A stretch of DNA of 64,000 nt, from contig SUUJ01000003.1 in the NCBI GenBank assembly GCA_015062585.1, positions 101,774 to 165,773 of the forward strand, written 5' to 3'. A program made the translations under genes and the position numbers. Source of the stretch: Alphaproteobacteria bacterium. Lineage in GTDB: Bacteria > Pseudomonadota > Alphaproteobacteria > RF32 > CAG-239. Each line of letters opens with the position of its first letter. Positions within the stretch are counted from its first letter, which is position 1. Under the pieces are notes generated by a model that worked only from the letters and a program-made list of their open reading frames with translations, searched no databases and had not been told where the DNA came from. Of this stretch, positions 34,126-44,004 are shown piece after piece.

Positions 34126-36150
34126 ATGTCAAAAACCAAATATCTTCAAATGCAACAAACATCAGCTTTGTTGCCGTTTGATTTCAACAAGAAAAAATTT
34201 AGTATCACATATAGTGTTCCTTCATCTCCTTTTGCTTTAGAGATTCAAAACTTAGGAAAATGTCAATGTTTGGGCAATCACAAGTGGTCCGATCCCGAAA
34301 AGATAAACGGCTGGATGATATCAGCCGAAACAGCCACTTTTATGAAAGCAGGCGGACTTGGAATGATTGCATCGGAATTGCCCGAAGCTTTTAACCGTAA
34401 ATATTTATCACAAGATGAAAGTCTTACCGTCATCACCCCTATGTATTTAGGTGATACCAAAAAGAAAAAAGCACACTTTGACGGTAAAACTTATTTTGGC
34501 GCCGAGAACAAATCTGCTGACTTGCAAAAACTATGCGACATAACTGTTCCGTTTATGAATGAAAATCAAGAGTTTGTCGATTATTCCGTAACCGTATATA
34601 AAGGAACTTGTGAAAACACTCCTTACATTTTTATGTCAAATGAAAGATTTTTCAATATTGACCCGCACAATGACAATCCGCCGGCTCAAGATGGTTGTTA
34701 CATCTTAAACAAATACGGAATTAACGAAGTAGAGCGTTTTGCTTTCTTCTCAAAAGCCGTATATGAGTTTGTTAAATATTCAATAAAAACTCATACCCAA
34801 CCCTCAACCATCATTGCAAATGACTGGCACTCGGGCGCTCTTTCCGGTTTGATGAAATATCTCCCAATATCTTTGGTAAGCAAAAATCTAATGTCAGAGG
34901 AAGACGCTGATAAAATACGCTCGATTCCCATAATTCATATTGCTCATCACTTGGGCTATCAAGGATGGGATTATCCTAATACTGCTCGTATTTTAAACTC
35001 CTTGTACGAGCTTCAAACAAACTTTGTATTTAAAAACGCCAAAACAATCAAAAATTCAAACAAGCGTACGGTAAATACTTTGATTGTTCACGATTGCTAC
35101 AACCAAGCATCTTGCAACTTTCATTTAGCCGACAGAGTTGTTACCGTATCTAAAAACTATTTGGAAGAAGTTTCCAAAGAGCTCGAATTGGGTTATGATT
35201 TTCGTGATATCTTAAAAATTCGCAAAGACCACCGTACCTTTTTTGGTATAATCAACGGCTACGACAAAAAGTTAATCTCACCAAATGAACAAAAAGTAAA
35301 AGCCATTAACGATTTCTTTGGCAACACAAACTTTAAGATGTTTGATGAAAAATCAATGGATAATAAAAAGCACAACAAATCTGAGTTCATAAAGCTTATA
35401 TCCAAAATATCGACCGATGAAGAGTATAAACAAAAACTTATTCCTCTTATTGATACCTATAAATTTGAAGATATTTCAAAAGATGTAAAAAATTTTGCTA
35501 AAACTCCGATTATTTGCGCAACATCACGCTTGGTAGAACAAAAAGGTTACGATATCGGAGCTCAAGCAATACTTAACTGGATAAAGAAACACACTGATGA
35601 AAATATTGAGTTTCCGATATTTTTACTTGGTGGTGCCGGAAGTGTCGAACTGTTCAAAATGCTCACAAAACTCAAAGACAAAGTCGCAAAAATAAACAAA
35701 GAAGCAGCCAAACGCATATATGTTTTTCATGGCTACAAAGATCAATTTGCCTATGCTATGCAACTGGCTTCCGATTTTTATATGATGCCATGTCGTTTTG
35801 AACCTTGCGGCTTGACACAAATGGAAGCCATGGCTAAAGGAGCTCTTCCGATTGCAACATCTACCGGAGGTTTGGTCGATTCCATAGATGATAAGATTGA
35901 TGGCTTCAGAACAGAAGTATTTTTCTCTAATTCGCGCCATGTTTACGGAAATAACACCACTGCTCGCCGCTTGCAAAACAACGAAAACGCTTTTAGCGAA
36001 ACTTTGGATGAATCACTTCAAACATTCTATGATATGCCAAACTTCATTACTGCAATGCAACGCCGAGCCATGGAAAAAGACTTCAGTTGGGACACAGCCG
36101 GAGGGTCATTAGAAAAATATCACACCCTGTTCCACCGAGGACACCCGTAA
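34126..36150 (+). CDS. GT5/GT1 glycosyltransferase resembling glycogen/starch synthase (GlgA-like), enlarged to 674 aa
   Basis: N-terminal MKAGGLGMIASELPEAF (compare GlgA KxGGLGDV) and C-terminal MMPCRFEPCGLTQMEAMAKGALPIATSTGGLVDSI (GlgA/starch-synthase E-x7-E region). Confidence 0.6.
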   Translation: MSKTKYLQMQQTSALLPFDFNKKKFSITYSVPSSPFALEIQNLGKCQCLGNHKWSDPEKINGWMISAETATFMKAGGLGMIASELPEAFNRKYLSQDESLTVITPMYLGDTKKKKAHFDGKTYFGAENKSADLQKLCDITVPFMNENQEFVDYSVTVYKGTCENTPYIFMSNERFFNIDPHNDNPPAQDGCYILNKYGINEVERFAFFSKAVYEFVKYSIKTHTQPSTIIANDWHSGALSGLMKYLPISLVSKNLMSEEDADKIRSIPIIHIAHHLGYQGWDYPNTARILNSLYELQTNFVFKNAKTIKNSNKRTVNTLIVHDCYNQASCNFHLADRVVTVSKNYLEEVSKELELGYDFRDILKIRKDHRTFFGIINGYDKKLISPNEQKVKAINDFFGNTNFKMFDEKSMDNKKHNKSEFIKLISKISTDEEYKQKLIPLIDTYKFEDISKDVKNFAKTPIICATSRLVEQKGYDIGAQAILNWIKKHTDENIEFPIFLLGGAGSVELFKMLTKLKDKVAKINKEAAKRIYVFHGYKDQFAYAMQLASDFYMMPCRFEPCGLTQMEAMAKGALPIATSTGGLVDSIDDKIDGFRTEVFFSNSRHVYGNNTTARRLQNNENAFSETLDESLQTFYDMPNFITAMQRRAMEKDFSWDTAGGSLEKYHTLFHRGHP

Positions 36151-36165
36151 TAAAATAAAAAAAGT

Positions 36166-37527
36166 TTAAGAACTTAATAAATCTGATGTTTTTGCAATAG
36201 ATGACATTATCCTTTTTGTGTTGTCATTTAAATCCATATTTTCAAAAATGTACAAAGCATCATGAAAATATTCCAAACTTTCTTCCAACAACTCTCTGTC
36301 TTCAGCCTCACGACCGAGACGATAATAAATATTACCGATATTTTCTTGAATCTTAGCCCAAGCAAAAGGGTCTCTTTTTTCGGTAATAACTTTTTGCTGA
36401 TTCTTAAAAGCATTTATTGCCATTTCCGCAATAGCATTGTTTTTTGTTATAGAACTCAAAACACTCAATCTGTGACCCAAGTCGCCTTCAATATCAGCCC
36501 AAAACTCCGGAAACAAAGCATATGTAAAGATTTTTTCAGCTTCGCGCAAATTAAAAACAGCATCTCTCAGAGCTTGTAAGTCATCTTTTTGGCGCCAATA
36601 ATCATATAACAGTTCAGATAATGAAAATGCTATAAAACCGTAATCATAAGGATATACATATTTTCCCAAATGTTTTTGCGCTCTTTGAAAATAGCTTATT
36701 GCGTTTTTATAATGTTTTACCGGATTCTTAATTTCACTGTTAACACCGGCCATATGCAATTGACCATAGTGATTATATATACACCCCAAATGCAAAGGAT
36801 TTGAAATCAGATCTTGGTGAGAAATAGCTGTATCCAACAAATTATTAACCACCTTAAATTCTTTTTCGTTATTATTTTTCTTGCAATATGTAAGGTAAAT
36901 AATTGCCAAAAAATTCATAATATAGGGTAAATATTCAACTCCCATATTTTTAGCAGAATTATCGGCAGACAAAACTTTTATAATTTTTTTCAGCAAATAT
37001 TTTTGCTGAATGGCAATCTGCTTATTTGCAGCGTTTATACTTGCTACAATAGCTCCTGATATAAGATTTAGAATAGATTTAGGAAACAAACAATCTCCTT
37101 CAAACAACGATACCGGCAAAAACAAACTGTCTAACAACGAAACATATGAAGTATTGTTTTTTTCATATTGAGCAGCGGTTTGAAAATTAAGTCTAATTTT
37201 ATCATTCTCGCGACACCCCCAAACAACCACATCTGCCTTTGTTTTATCTAAAATAGCTTGACCTTTATCGATAAAATCAAAAAAAGTACGACCTTCCAAA
37301 TTTAGGAAAGATTTTGAAAAAGGTTCATTAAAATAACTGACATCAAAATAACTTTGACTCCGTAATAGAGCGGCAAAGATTTCTCCGGCAGAGCTTTCCA
37401 CATTTTCGGCAAACTCAACCACAACAACCTTAAAACTTATATTTATGGCCTCTTCTTCAGACAAGGTGTCTTTTTCTTGAGTTGCCGGCTTCAAAAAAGC
37501 ATTCTTCAAAAAGTCAATTATTTGCAT
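36166..37527 (-). CDS. Hypothetical protein, probably TPR/helical-repeat
   Basis: 453-aa ORF. Repeat-like helical segments in the C-terminal half. Overlaps the upstream membrane-protein ORF by 14 nt. Confidence 0.45.
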   Translation of the reverse strand: MQIIDFLKNAFLKPATQEKDTLSEEEAINISFKVVVVEFAENVESSAGEIFAALLRSQSYFDVSYFNEPFSKSFLNLEGRTFFDFIDKGQAILDKTKADVVVWGCRENDKIRLNFQTAAQYEKNNTSYVSLLDSLFLPVSLFEGDCLFPKSILNLISGAIVASINAANKQIAIQQKYLLKKIIKVLSADNSAKNMGVEYLPYIMNFLAIIYLTYCKKNNNEKEFKVVNNLLDTAISHQDLISNPLHLGCIYNHYGQLHMAGVNSEIKNPVKHYKNAISYFQRAQKHLGKYVYPYDYGFIAFSLSELLYDYWRQKDDLQALRDAVFNLREAEKIFTYALFPEFWADIEGDLGHRLSVLSSITKNNAIAEMAINAFKNQQKVITEKRDPFAWAKIQENIGNIYYRLGREAEDRELLEESLEYFHDALYIFENMDLNDNTKRIMSSIAKTSDLLSS

Positions 37528-38638
37528 TTTTTCGCCCTTTTACAGTTTTTGTTTTCTTAGTATTTGAATTTTTTGTTTTTTTCTTCGGTTTTGTCACAAG
37601 ATTTATTGTTTCTTTAATATCCTCAATAACCTCTTCTTTTTTTTCTTTCCAAGTTTTATTTTCTTCTTTCCAGTTAATCAATTTATAAAACTGCCAACAC
37701 ATTATCAAAGCAACAAAACAAGGGATTGAATAACTGTTTACGCCATTAGCCTGCAACACGGCAAAAATAACAACCAATCCGCTCAACAACCACAAGGACC
37801 GAATAATTGTTATAGGAGGCAACCCGCTTTTATAAATTTTAAAACAAAATGAGTTTGTGTTAAAATCTTCATATTTTTTCATAAATGTCAGTTTTTTTAT
37901 AATGCTGACAGTCATTTCTATAACGCAAAACATCACCAATATCACATAACAAGGAAAAGCCATTTCGCTATAAGATAAAAAGCCGAACCATCCTATAAAA
38001 TAACCGACGATAGGCGATACCTCAACCCCCATTGATTGATTCATATAATGCAAATAAGCAATGCACATAGCACCCAGCAAGGTTGCCCCGACAAAACCTA
38101 TAATAAACGGTAAACCGCCAAAAATATATAACAAAACTATACCGGCACTAACGGTAAGACTCTGTATTTGCAAGATAGGATACAATGTTGCAACACAGCG
38201 TATTCCGATAGAAAACAAAAACCATAGCAAAACAGAACATAGTTTATTAACAAATACCGGAGCTGACGGAATAATATCTATAAACAAATCTCCTGCAAAA
38301 ACACCTATCAACGAAGCTACCAAAACCCCAAATTCTATTACATACAAACGATTTATAAAGCAGGTTGCAAAAATTATTATCAAACCGATAAGAGGAGCAA
38401 CAAAGCCACCTATACCAACACTTGAAACAAAATCATATTCATCCCAACAAAACGGAAGCACAAGCAAACAAGTAATTAAACAGCCTAAAACAACAGATGC
38501 TGTTGCTGAAAAGTTTCTTTCTCTAAATTCCCTAAAAAATACTAATTTAGAAAATAAAAAAGCCGTTACGACCGAGCTGATCAAAAACCCGCCCAAAACA
38601 ATTATCCATTGAGTAAACATTGCCTTTTTCTCCCTCAA
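37514..38638 (-). CDS. Hypothetical polytopic membrane protein with a lysine-rich C-terminal tail
   Basis: 374 aa, roughly 9 TM segments. C-terminal KPKKKTKNSNTKKTKTVKGRK. Confidence 0.5.
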   Translation of the reverse strand: MREKKAMFTQWIIVLGGFLISSVVTAFLFSKLVFFREFRERNFSATASVVLGCLITCLLVLPFCWDEYDFVSSVGIGGFVAPLIGLIIIFATCFINRLYVIEFGVLVASLIGVFAGDLFIDIIPSAPVFVNKLCSVLLWFLFSIGIRCVATLYPILQIQSLTVSAGIVLLYIFGGLPFIIGFVGATLLGAMCIAYLHYMNQSMGVEVSPIVGYFIGWFGFLSYSEMAFPCYVILVMFCVIEMTVSIIKKLTFMKKYEDFNTNSFCFKIYKSGLPPITIIRSLWLLSGLVVIFAVLQANGVNSYSIPCFVALIMCWQFYKLINWKEENKTWKEKKEEVIEDIKETINLVTKPKKKTKNSNTKKTKTVKGRKNANN

Positions 38639-38712
38639 GGCTTTAATATAATCAGATACAAAAGACTATATAAGATTAGGTTTTTATCTTCAAGAAAGAT
38701 ATTAGTTTTATA

Positions 38713-39609
38713 CTAATATTTCTTATAGACTTTCGAGATGATTTCAAACAACTCGGGAGTTTCAAAATAGTCGATTCCGTCAATCAATCTTGAAAGCGCT
38801 TCAACCCCTTGCAAAGAATCAAATTCTGAGCTGAATCCATCGGGAAAAGCATAAATATCGGGTAGAATTTTTTGCTCATCAATCTGTTGTTTTGCTTTTT
38901 TCAGCAATTTTACAACTTCAGCAATCATCAAATCTAACTTTTGCCTTTTATTATTATCCGTTAAAATTTGTGAAATATCAGATTGATACATCAAAACATA
39001 TAAATTTCCCAAAAGATATGGAACAAGTTCTTGCCAAAAAAGTTTTTTTGTATTTTTAGCCAATTTTACATTTGTCTTTTTACTTGTCAGCAGATTTTTT
39101 AACTCTTTTACGACTTCCGCTTCACAGCAAATCGTTATATCAGAAACACGATTAAGATGATAAACTTCTTTTTTTGCTTTAACCAAGAAACCATTAAAAT
39201 AGGCTCTTATTTCCTCAATATTATCCAACTGCTCAATAAGTTTTCTATTATAAAACGAAGCAAAATTGATTATAGGAACACCTTTAAGAATCTCATCTGA
39301 CAAATAAATCAAATCTTTTTGATATTCATTAAAAGATGAGGCAAGAAAACAAAACTCCGGTCTTTTTTCTATAAATTTACTACTTCTTATTTCAACATCC
39401 TGGTTTTGAAACGCGCTTTTAATCACATAATTATTCAAGATGTTATTTTTTTCTGCATCGGCAACAAGAGTTACATCAACACCTTTTTCTTGCAACAAAT
39501 GAACCAAAAAAACAGCCAAAGAAGACGACCCTATTACCACAGCATATCTATCAGATTCCAAATCATTTTTTCTAGAAAAAAACATCTCTAACCTTCCTTT
39601 TTCAAGCAA
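38713..39609 (-). CDS. Putative NAD(P)-binding oxidoreductase (possibly ketopantoate reductase-like)
   Basis: Rossmann-like YAVVIGSSSLAVFLVHLL...D. 298 aa. Assignment is weak. Confidence 0.35.
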   Translation of the reverse strand: MLEKGRLEMFFSRKNDLESDRYAVVIGSSSLAVFLVHLLQEKGVDVTLVADAEKNNILNNYVIKSAFQNQDVEIRSSKFIEKRPEFCFLASSFNEYQKDLIYLSDEILKGVPIINFASFYNRKLIEQLDNIEEIRAYFNGFLVKAKKEVYHLNRVSDITICCEAEVVKELKNLLTSKKTNVKLAKNTKKLFWQELVPYLLGNLYVLMYQSDISQILTDNNKRQKLDLMIAEVVKLLKKAKQQIDEQKILPDIYAFPDGFSSEFDSLQGVEALSRLIDGIDYFETPELFEIISKVYKKY

Positions 39610-40850
39610 GCAATAAAAAATCCGTCAGCACCGCCGAAACTATCGGCATAATGAGGCAAAATTCTTATATAGCCTTCTTTTGTAACCATCTTTTTAAGGC
39701 TATCCGGCAACATTTTTTCAAGATGCACAACCTTATAAGCTGTATTATTTTTCACAAACTCATTTATCTGATTTTCGCCTTCTTCTTTACAAAGAGAGCA
39801 AGTGCAATAAAGTAACACTCCGTTTGGCAACAAAACATTGTCGATTCTATCTAAAAATTCTTTTTGAATTTTAGCCTGCGACAAAACATCGCTATGTTTT
39901 TTTGTATGTACAATTTCCGGATGTCTGCGCAAAATTCCGGTTGCCGAACAAGGAGCATCCAGAACGATTATTTCATATTTTTCATTCGTCTTTTCCAAAT
40001 ATTTTATACCGTCTTCACAGATAATTTTTTCCGGTAAAAGTCTTAATCTTTGCAAATTTTCTCTTAAAGTTTTGAGGCGATTTTCGTTTACATCAAGACA
40101 AGTAACTTTTGCACCTCTTGTTAAAAGCTGAGCTGTTTTTCCTCCCGGTGCCGAACATAATTCCAAAACTTTTTTATCTTTTATATCACCAAGCATTTTA
40201 ATCGCTAATGCCGAAGAAAAATCTTGTACCCACCAAGTTCCTTTGTCATAATCAGGCATTTCACTTATTTTACCTTTAGCTTCCAGTCTTAAACTACCTA
40301 AAGGAAGTTCTTTTCCGCCTAATTTTTTTGCCGATTCCACTGAGACGCAACTTATATCCAAAAACGGCATATTTTGTGATGATTTTTCAATTTTTTCGAT
40401 TTCTTTTGACGAATAACTTTTTCTCAATAGAGCCTTAAATTCTTGCGGAAAAAAATCCCCCTTATCCGCGCTGACAAAAATTTCTTTTTGCTTGGCTATT
40501 TTTCGCAACACCGCATTCACAAAACCTGCCACATACTTATCCGTTTTTGCTTTAACAATATTTACATATGAATTGATAACCGCATAATCCGGCGTGTTCA
40601 TATACATCAACTCTACCGCACCTAAAATAAGTGCGCACTGTCCTATTATATTTTGCTTCGAAAGTTTTTTTGTTATCAGCGTTTTCAAAATACTTTTTAC
40701 ATAAACCATTTTACGCAAAGCTGTCATTGTCAGCATCATAACAAAAGCATTATCATCATCCAAAGAGCGCTCATTTGCTTGAAAAACATCGTTTTTATTT
40801 TCCAAAACACTCTTCAGATTTTCTAGTGCATTTTCTCGTAAATCGGCCAT
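39588..40850 (-). CDS. rsmB: 16S rRNA (cytosine967-C5)-methyltransferase RsmB/Sun
   Basis: VLDAPCSATGILRRHPE and LLYCTCSL motifs (catalytic Cys pair). N-terminal NusB-like domain. 420 aa. Confidence 0.8.
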   Translation of the reverse strand: MADLRENALENLKSVLENKNDVFQANERSLDDDNAFVMMLTMTALRKMVYVKSILKTLITKKLSKQNIIGQCALILGAVELMYMNTPDYAVINSYVNIVKAKTDKYVAGFVNAVLRKIAKQKEIFVSADKGDFFPQEFKALLRKSYSSKEIEKIEKSSQNMPFLDISCVSVESAKKLGGKELPLGSLRLEAKGKISEMPDYDKGTWWVQDFSSALAIKMLGDIKDKKVLELCSAPGGKTAQLLTRGAKVTCLDVNENRLKTLRENLQRLRLLPEKIICEDGIKYLEKTNEKYEIIVLDAPCSATGILRRHPEIVHTKKHSDVLSQAKIQKEFLDRIDNVLLPNGVLLYCTCSLCKEEGENQINEFVKNNTAYKVVHLEKMLPDSLKKMVTKEGYIRILPHYADSFGGADGFFIACLKKEG

Positions 40851-41006
40851 TTTTTAATCCTAAACAATAAAAAACATTTTATCTCATCTTAGATAATCAA
40901 GATATTAAATACAAGGATAAAAAATATTCTTGTAAAATATGTTAAAATGCTCTATTTTCAAACCCAAGTGAAAATCAATACTTTTAATAATATCAAGGAC
41001 ATCAAA

Positions 41007-43457
41007 ATGAATAAAAGATATAACGGAAAAGATTCTTTTGCTGCTTGGCAAGAAACTTGGAAACTTGAAGACAGATACAACTTCAAAACTATTGAAAAAA
41101 AATGGCAAGAAATTTGGGAAGACGAAAAAGCCTACAAAGTAGAAATTGATAAAAATAAAGAAAAATTCTATGCCTTGGTCGAATTTCCATATCCGTCAGG
41201 CGCCGGTCTTCATGTCGGACACCCTCGTTCTTATACAGCTCTTGATGTTATATCTCGTAAAAAACGCATGCAAGGTTTCAATGTCTTGTACCCTATGGGT
41301 TTTGACGCTTTTGGTCTTCCGGCTGAAAACTATGCCATCAAAACCGGCGTACATCCGGCTGTTTCCACCAAAGCCAATATCGAAAACTTTACTCGTCAAT
41401 TAAAATCTATCGGCTTCAGTTTTGACTGGGACAGATGTTTTAACACTTGCGACCCCGAATACTACAAATGGACCCAATGGATGTTCATTAAGTTTTTTGA
41501 AAAAGGTTTAGCCTACAAAGACAAAATTGCTATTAACTGGTGCCCTTCTTGTAAAGTAGGATTGGCCAATGAAGAAGTTGTCAACGGATGTTGCGAGCGC
41601 TGTGGAGCTCAAGTTGTCAGAAAAGACAAAGAACAATGGATGATTGCCATTACCAAATATGCTGACAAACTTATCAATGACTTAGAAGATTTAGATTTTA
41701 TCGACAGAGTAAAAGCACAACAAATCAATTGGATTGGTCGTTCTGAAGGTGCCGAACTTGATTTTGAATTTGGCAACGACAAATTAAAAGTATTCACCAC
41801 TCGTCCGGACACTGCTTTTGGTGTAACATATATGGTTATGGCTCCGGAACACGAATTTGTGCAAAAACATATGTCACAATTCGAAAACCAAGCCGAAATC
41901 AAAGCCTATGTTGAAGCAACAGCTAAAAAATCAGACCTCCAACGCAGTATGGGCGAAGAAAAAACCGGTGTCGAATTAAAAGGTATTAAAGCCAAAAATC
42001 CATTCAATGGCGAAATGATTCCTGTGTTTATTTCCGACTATGTTTTAACCGGATACGGAACCGGAGCCATTATGGCTGTTCCGGCCCATGACCAACGCGA
42101 CTACGATTTTGCCAAAGCTTTTAACTTGCCGATAATCCAAGTTTTAGCCGGAGGTAATATCGAAGAAAAAGCTTGGGAAGAAGACGGTGAACATATCAAT
42201 TCCGGATTCTTAAACGGTTTAAACAAAGAAGACGGTATGAAAAAAGCTATTGAATATGCAAAAGCAAATGGTTTTGGTGATTCAAAAGTAAACTTCAAAC
42301 TTCGTGATTGGGTGTTTTCTCGTCAACGCTATTGGGGCGAACCGATACCTATGGTTTATTGCAAAAAATGCGGATGGCAGCCGATTCCGGAATCAGAACT
42401 TCCGCTTACACTTCCCGAAGTTCCTGATTATCACCCAAATGACGAAGGAGAATCTCCTCTTTCCAAAGCAGGAGATTGGCTGAACGCGACCTGTCCGAAA
42501 TGCGGTGCTCACGCAAGACGCGAAACCGACACTATGCCGAACTGGGCCGGTTCTTCTTGGTATTTCTTGCGTTATTGCGACCCGCATAACGACAAAGAAT
42601 TTGCCTCAAAAGAAGCTCTTGATTACTGGATGAATGTTGACTGGTACAATGGCGGTATGGAACACACTACACTTCACTTATTATATTCTCGTTTTTGGCA
42701 CAAATTCTTAAACGAATGCGGACTTGTTCCTACCAAAGAACCATACAACCGCCGCACATCTCATGGTATGATTTTGGCCGAAAACGGCGAAAAAATGTCA
42801 AAATCACGCGGTAATGTAATAAACCCTGACGATATTGTCGATTCTTATGGCGCTGACACTTTCCGCTTATATGAAATGTTTATCGGTCCGTTTGAACAAA
42901 CAGCTTCTTGGTCTGATGAAAGTCTAATGGGTGTATATCGTTTCACTTGCAAAATTTACAATCTTTTCAAAAAAGTTTGCAAAACTGAGCTATCTCAAGA
43001 AGATTTACGCGCAATGCACAAATGTATTTTAGAAGTTACCGAGCGTATTGATCAAATGCGCTTTAACACTGCCGTATCTTCTTTGATGACCTATGTAAAC
43101 TATTTGTCGGCAAAAGAAACCATTCCTTATGAAATGTATGCCAACTTATTAAAATTGCTTTCACCGTTTACACCGCACATTGCCGAAGAAATGTGGGCTC
43201 GTTTAGGCAATACGACTTTGGTTGTTGCCGAAACCTGGCCTCTCGGAGACAAATCATTAGCCGAAGATAATAATGTAACTTTGGCCGTTCAAGTTTGCGG
43301 CAAGGTCAGAGGCACTATCAATCTTCCTAAAGACGCTCCTAAGGAAGAAGCCGAAAAACAAGCTCTTGCTTTAGAAAATGTCAAAAAACAATTGGAAGGA
43401 AAAGAAATCAAAAAGATTATTATCGTTCCAAACAAAATCGTAAATATTGTTGCTTAA
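41007..43457 (+). CDS. leuS: Leucyl-tRNA synthetase
   Basis: HIGH motif (PYPSGAGLHVGHP) and KMSKS (KMSKSRGN). The start was moved to the internal ATG at 41007 (MNKRYNGKD), because the upstream 20 codons are poorly conserved. Confidence 0.9.
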   Translation: MNKRYNGKDSFAAWQETWKLEDRYNFKTIEKKWQEIWEDEKAYKVEIDKNKEKFYALVEFPYPSGAGLHVGHPRSYTALDVISRKKRMQGFNVLYPMGFDAFGLPAENYAIKTGVHPAVSTKANIENFTRQLKSIGFSFDWDRCFNTCDPEYYKWTQWMFIKFFEKGLAYKDKIAINWCPSCKVGLANEEVVNGCCERCGAQVVRKDKEQWMIAITKYADKLINDLEDLDFIDRVKAQQINWIGRSEGAELDFEFGNDKLKVFTTRPDTAFGVTYMVMAPEHEFVQKHMSQFENQAEIKAYVEATAKKSDLQRSMGEEKTGVELKGIKAKNPFNGEMIPVFISDYVLTGYGTGAIMAVPAHDQRDYDFAKAFNLPIIQVLAGGNIEEKAWEEDGEHINSGFLNGLNKEDGMKKAIEYAKANGFGDSKVNFKLRDWVFSRQRYWGEPIPMVYCKKCGWQPIPESELPLTLPEVPDYHPNDEGESPLSKAGDWLNATCPKCGAHARRETDTMPNWAGSSWYFLRYCDPHNDKEFASKEALDYWMNVDWYNGGMEHTTLHLLYSRFWHKFLNECGLVPTKEPYNRRTSHGMILAENGEKMSKSRGNVINPDDIVDSYGADTFRLYEMFIGPFEQTASWSDESLMGVYRFTCKIYNLFKKVCKTELSQEDLRAMHKCILEVTERIDQMRFNTAVSSLMTYVNYLSAKETIPYEMYANLLKLLSPFTPHIAEEMWARLGNTTLVVAETWPLGDKSLAEDNNVTLAVQVCGKVRGTINLPKDAPKEEAEKQALALENVKKQLEGKEIKKIIIVPNKIVNIVA

Positions 43458-44004
43458 AAAAGGAACAAAACCAATGAAAAATATTTTAATTTTGACAACT
43501 TTTATTTTGCTGACAGGATGCGGATTCTCTCCTCTATATGTTCAACATTCCGGCGGCACTTGGACATCAAAAGACAATTATGATACATCCATAACTTATG
43601 AAATGTCACAAATTAGAATAACACCTATTTCAGAGCGTTTTGGCCAACAAATTCGCAACAAGTTGCTAGACCTCATCTCACCAAAAGGAGCCCCGACAAA
43701 AGCCAAATATCGTCTTGATGTAGAATTGGATAAAAAAGAGGTTTCACAACAAGCTATGCGAGACGATGTTACCGCCACCAGTGAGCGCGTTGACTATACC
43801 GTAAACTACAAACTGTATCAAGGTAACACTATTCTTGTTTCCGGTGATTCCTTTGCGTTTGTCAGCTACGATGTGTTGAACAATCCCTATTCCACCACCA
43901 TGGCTCAAAAGAAAAGCGAAGAAAACGCCGCCAACATTATTGCTAATGACATAGCTCTAAGAATTGGTGCTTATTTTCACTCCAGCAAAAGTACGGCTCA
44001 ATGA
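43447..44004 (+). CDS. lptE: LPS-assembly lipoprotein LptE
   Basis: Lipobox LLTGCGF. 185 aa. Conserved leuS-lptE-holA order. Confidence 0.7.
   Translation: MLLKKGTKPMKNILILTTFILLTGCGFSPLYVQHSGGTWTSKDNYDTSITYEMSQIRITPISERFGQQIRNKLLDLISPKGAPTKAKYRLDVELDKKEVSQQAMRDDVTATSERVDYTVNYKLYQGNTILVSGDSFAFVSYDVLNNPYSTTMAQKKSEENAANIIANDIALRIGAYFHSSKSTAQ

Noticed and set aside
40947-41006. Upstream 20-codon N-terminal extension of leuS (MLYFQTQVKINTFNNIKDIK)
   Set aside because: It is not conserved in LeuS. The internal ATG at 41007 gives the canonical N-terminus and has better spacing to an upstream A/G-rich stretch. The extension is treated as non-coding leader.
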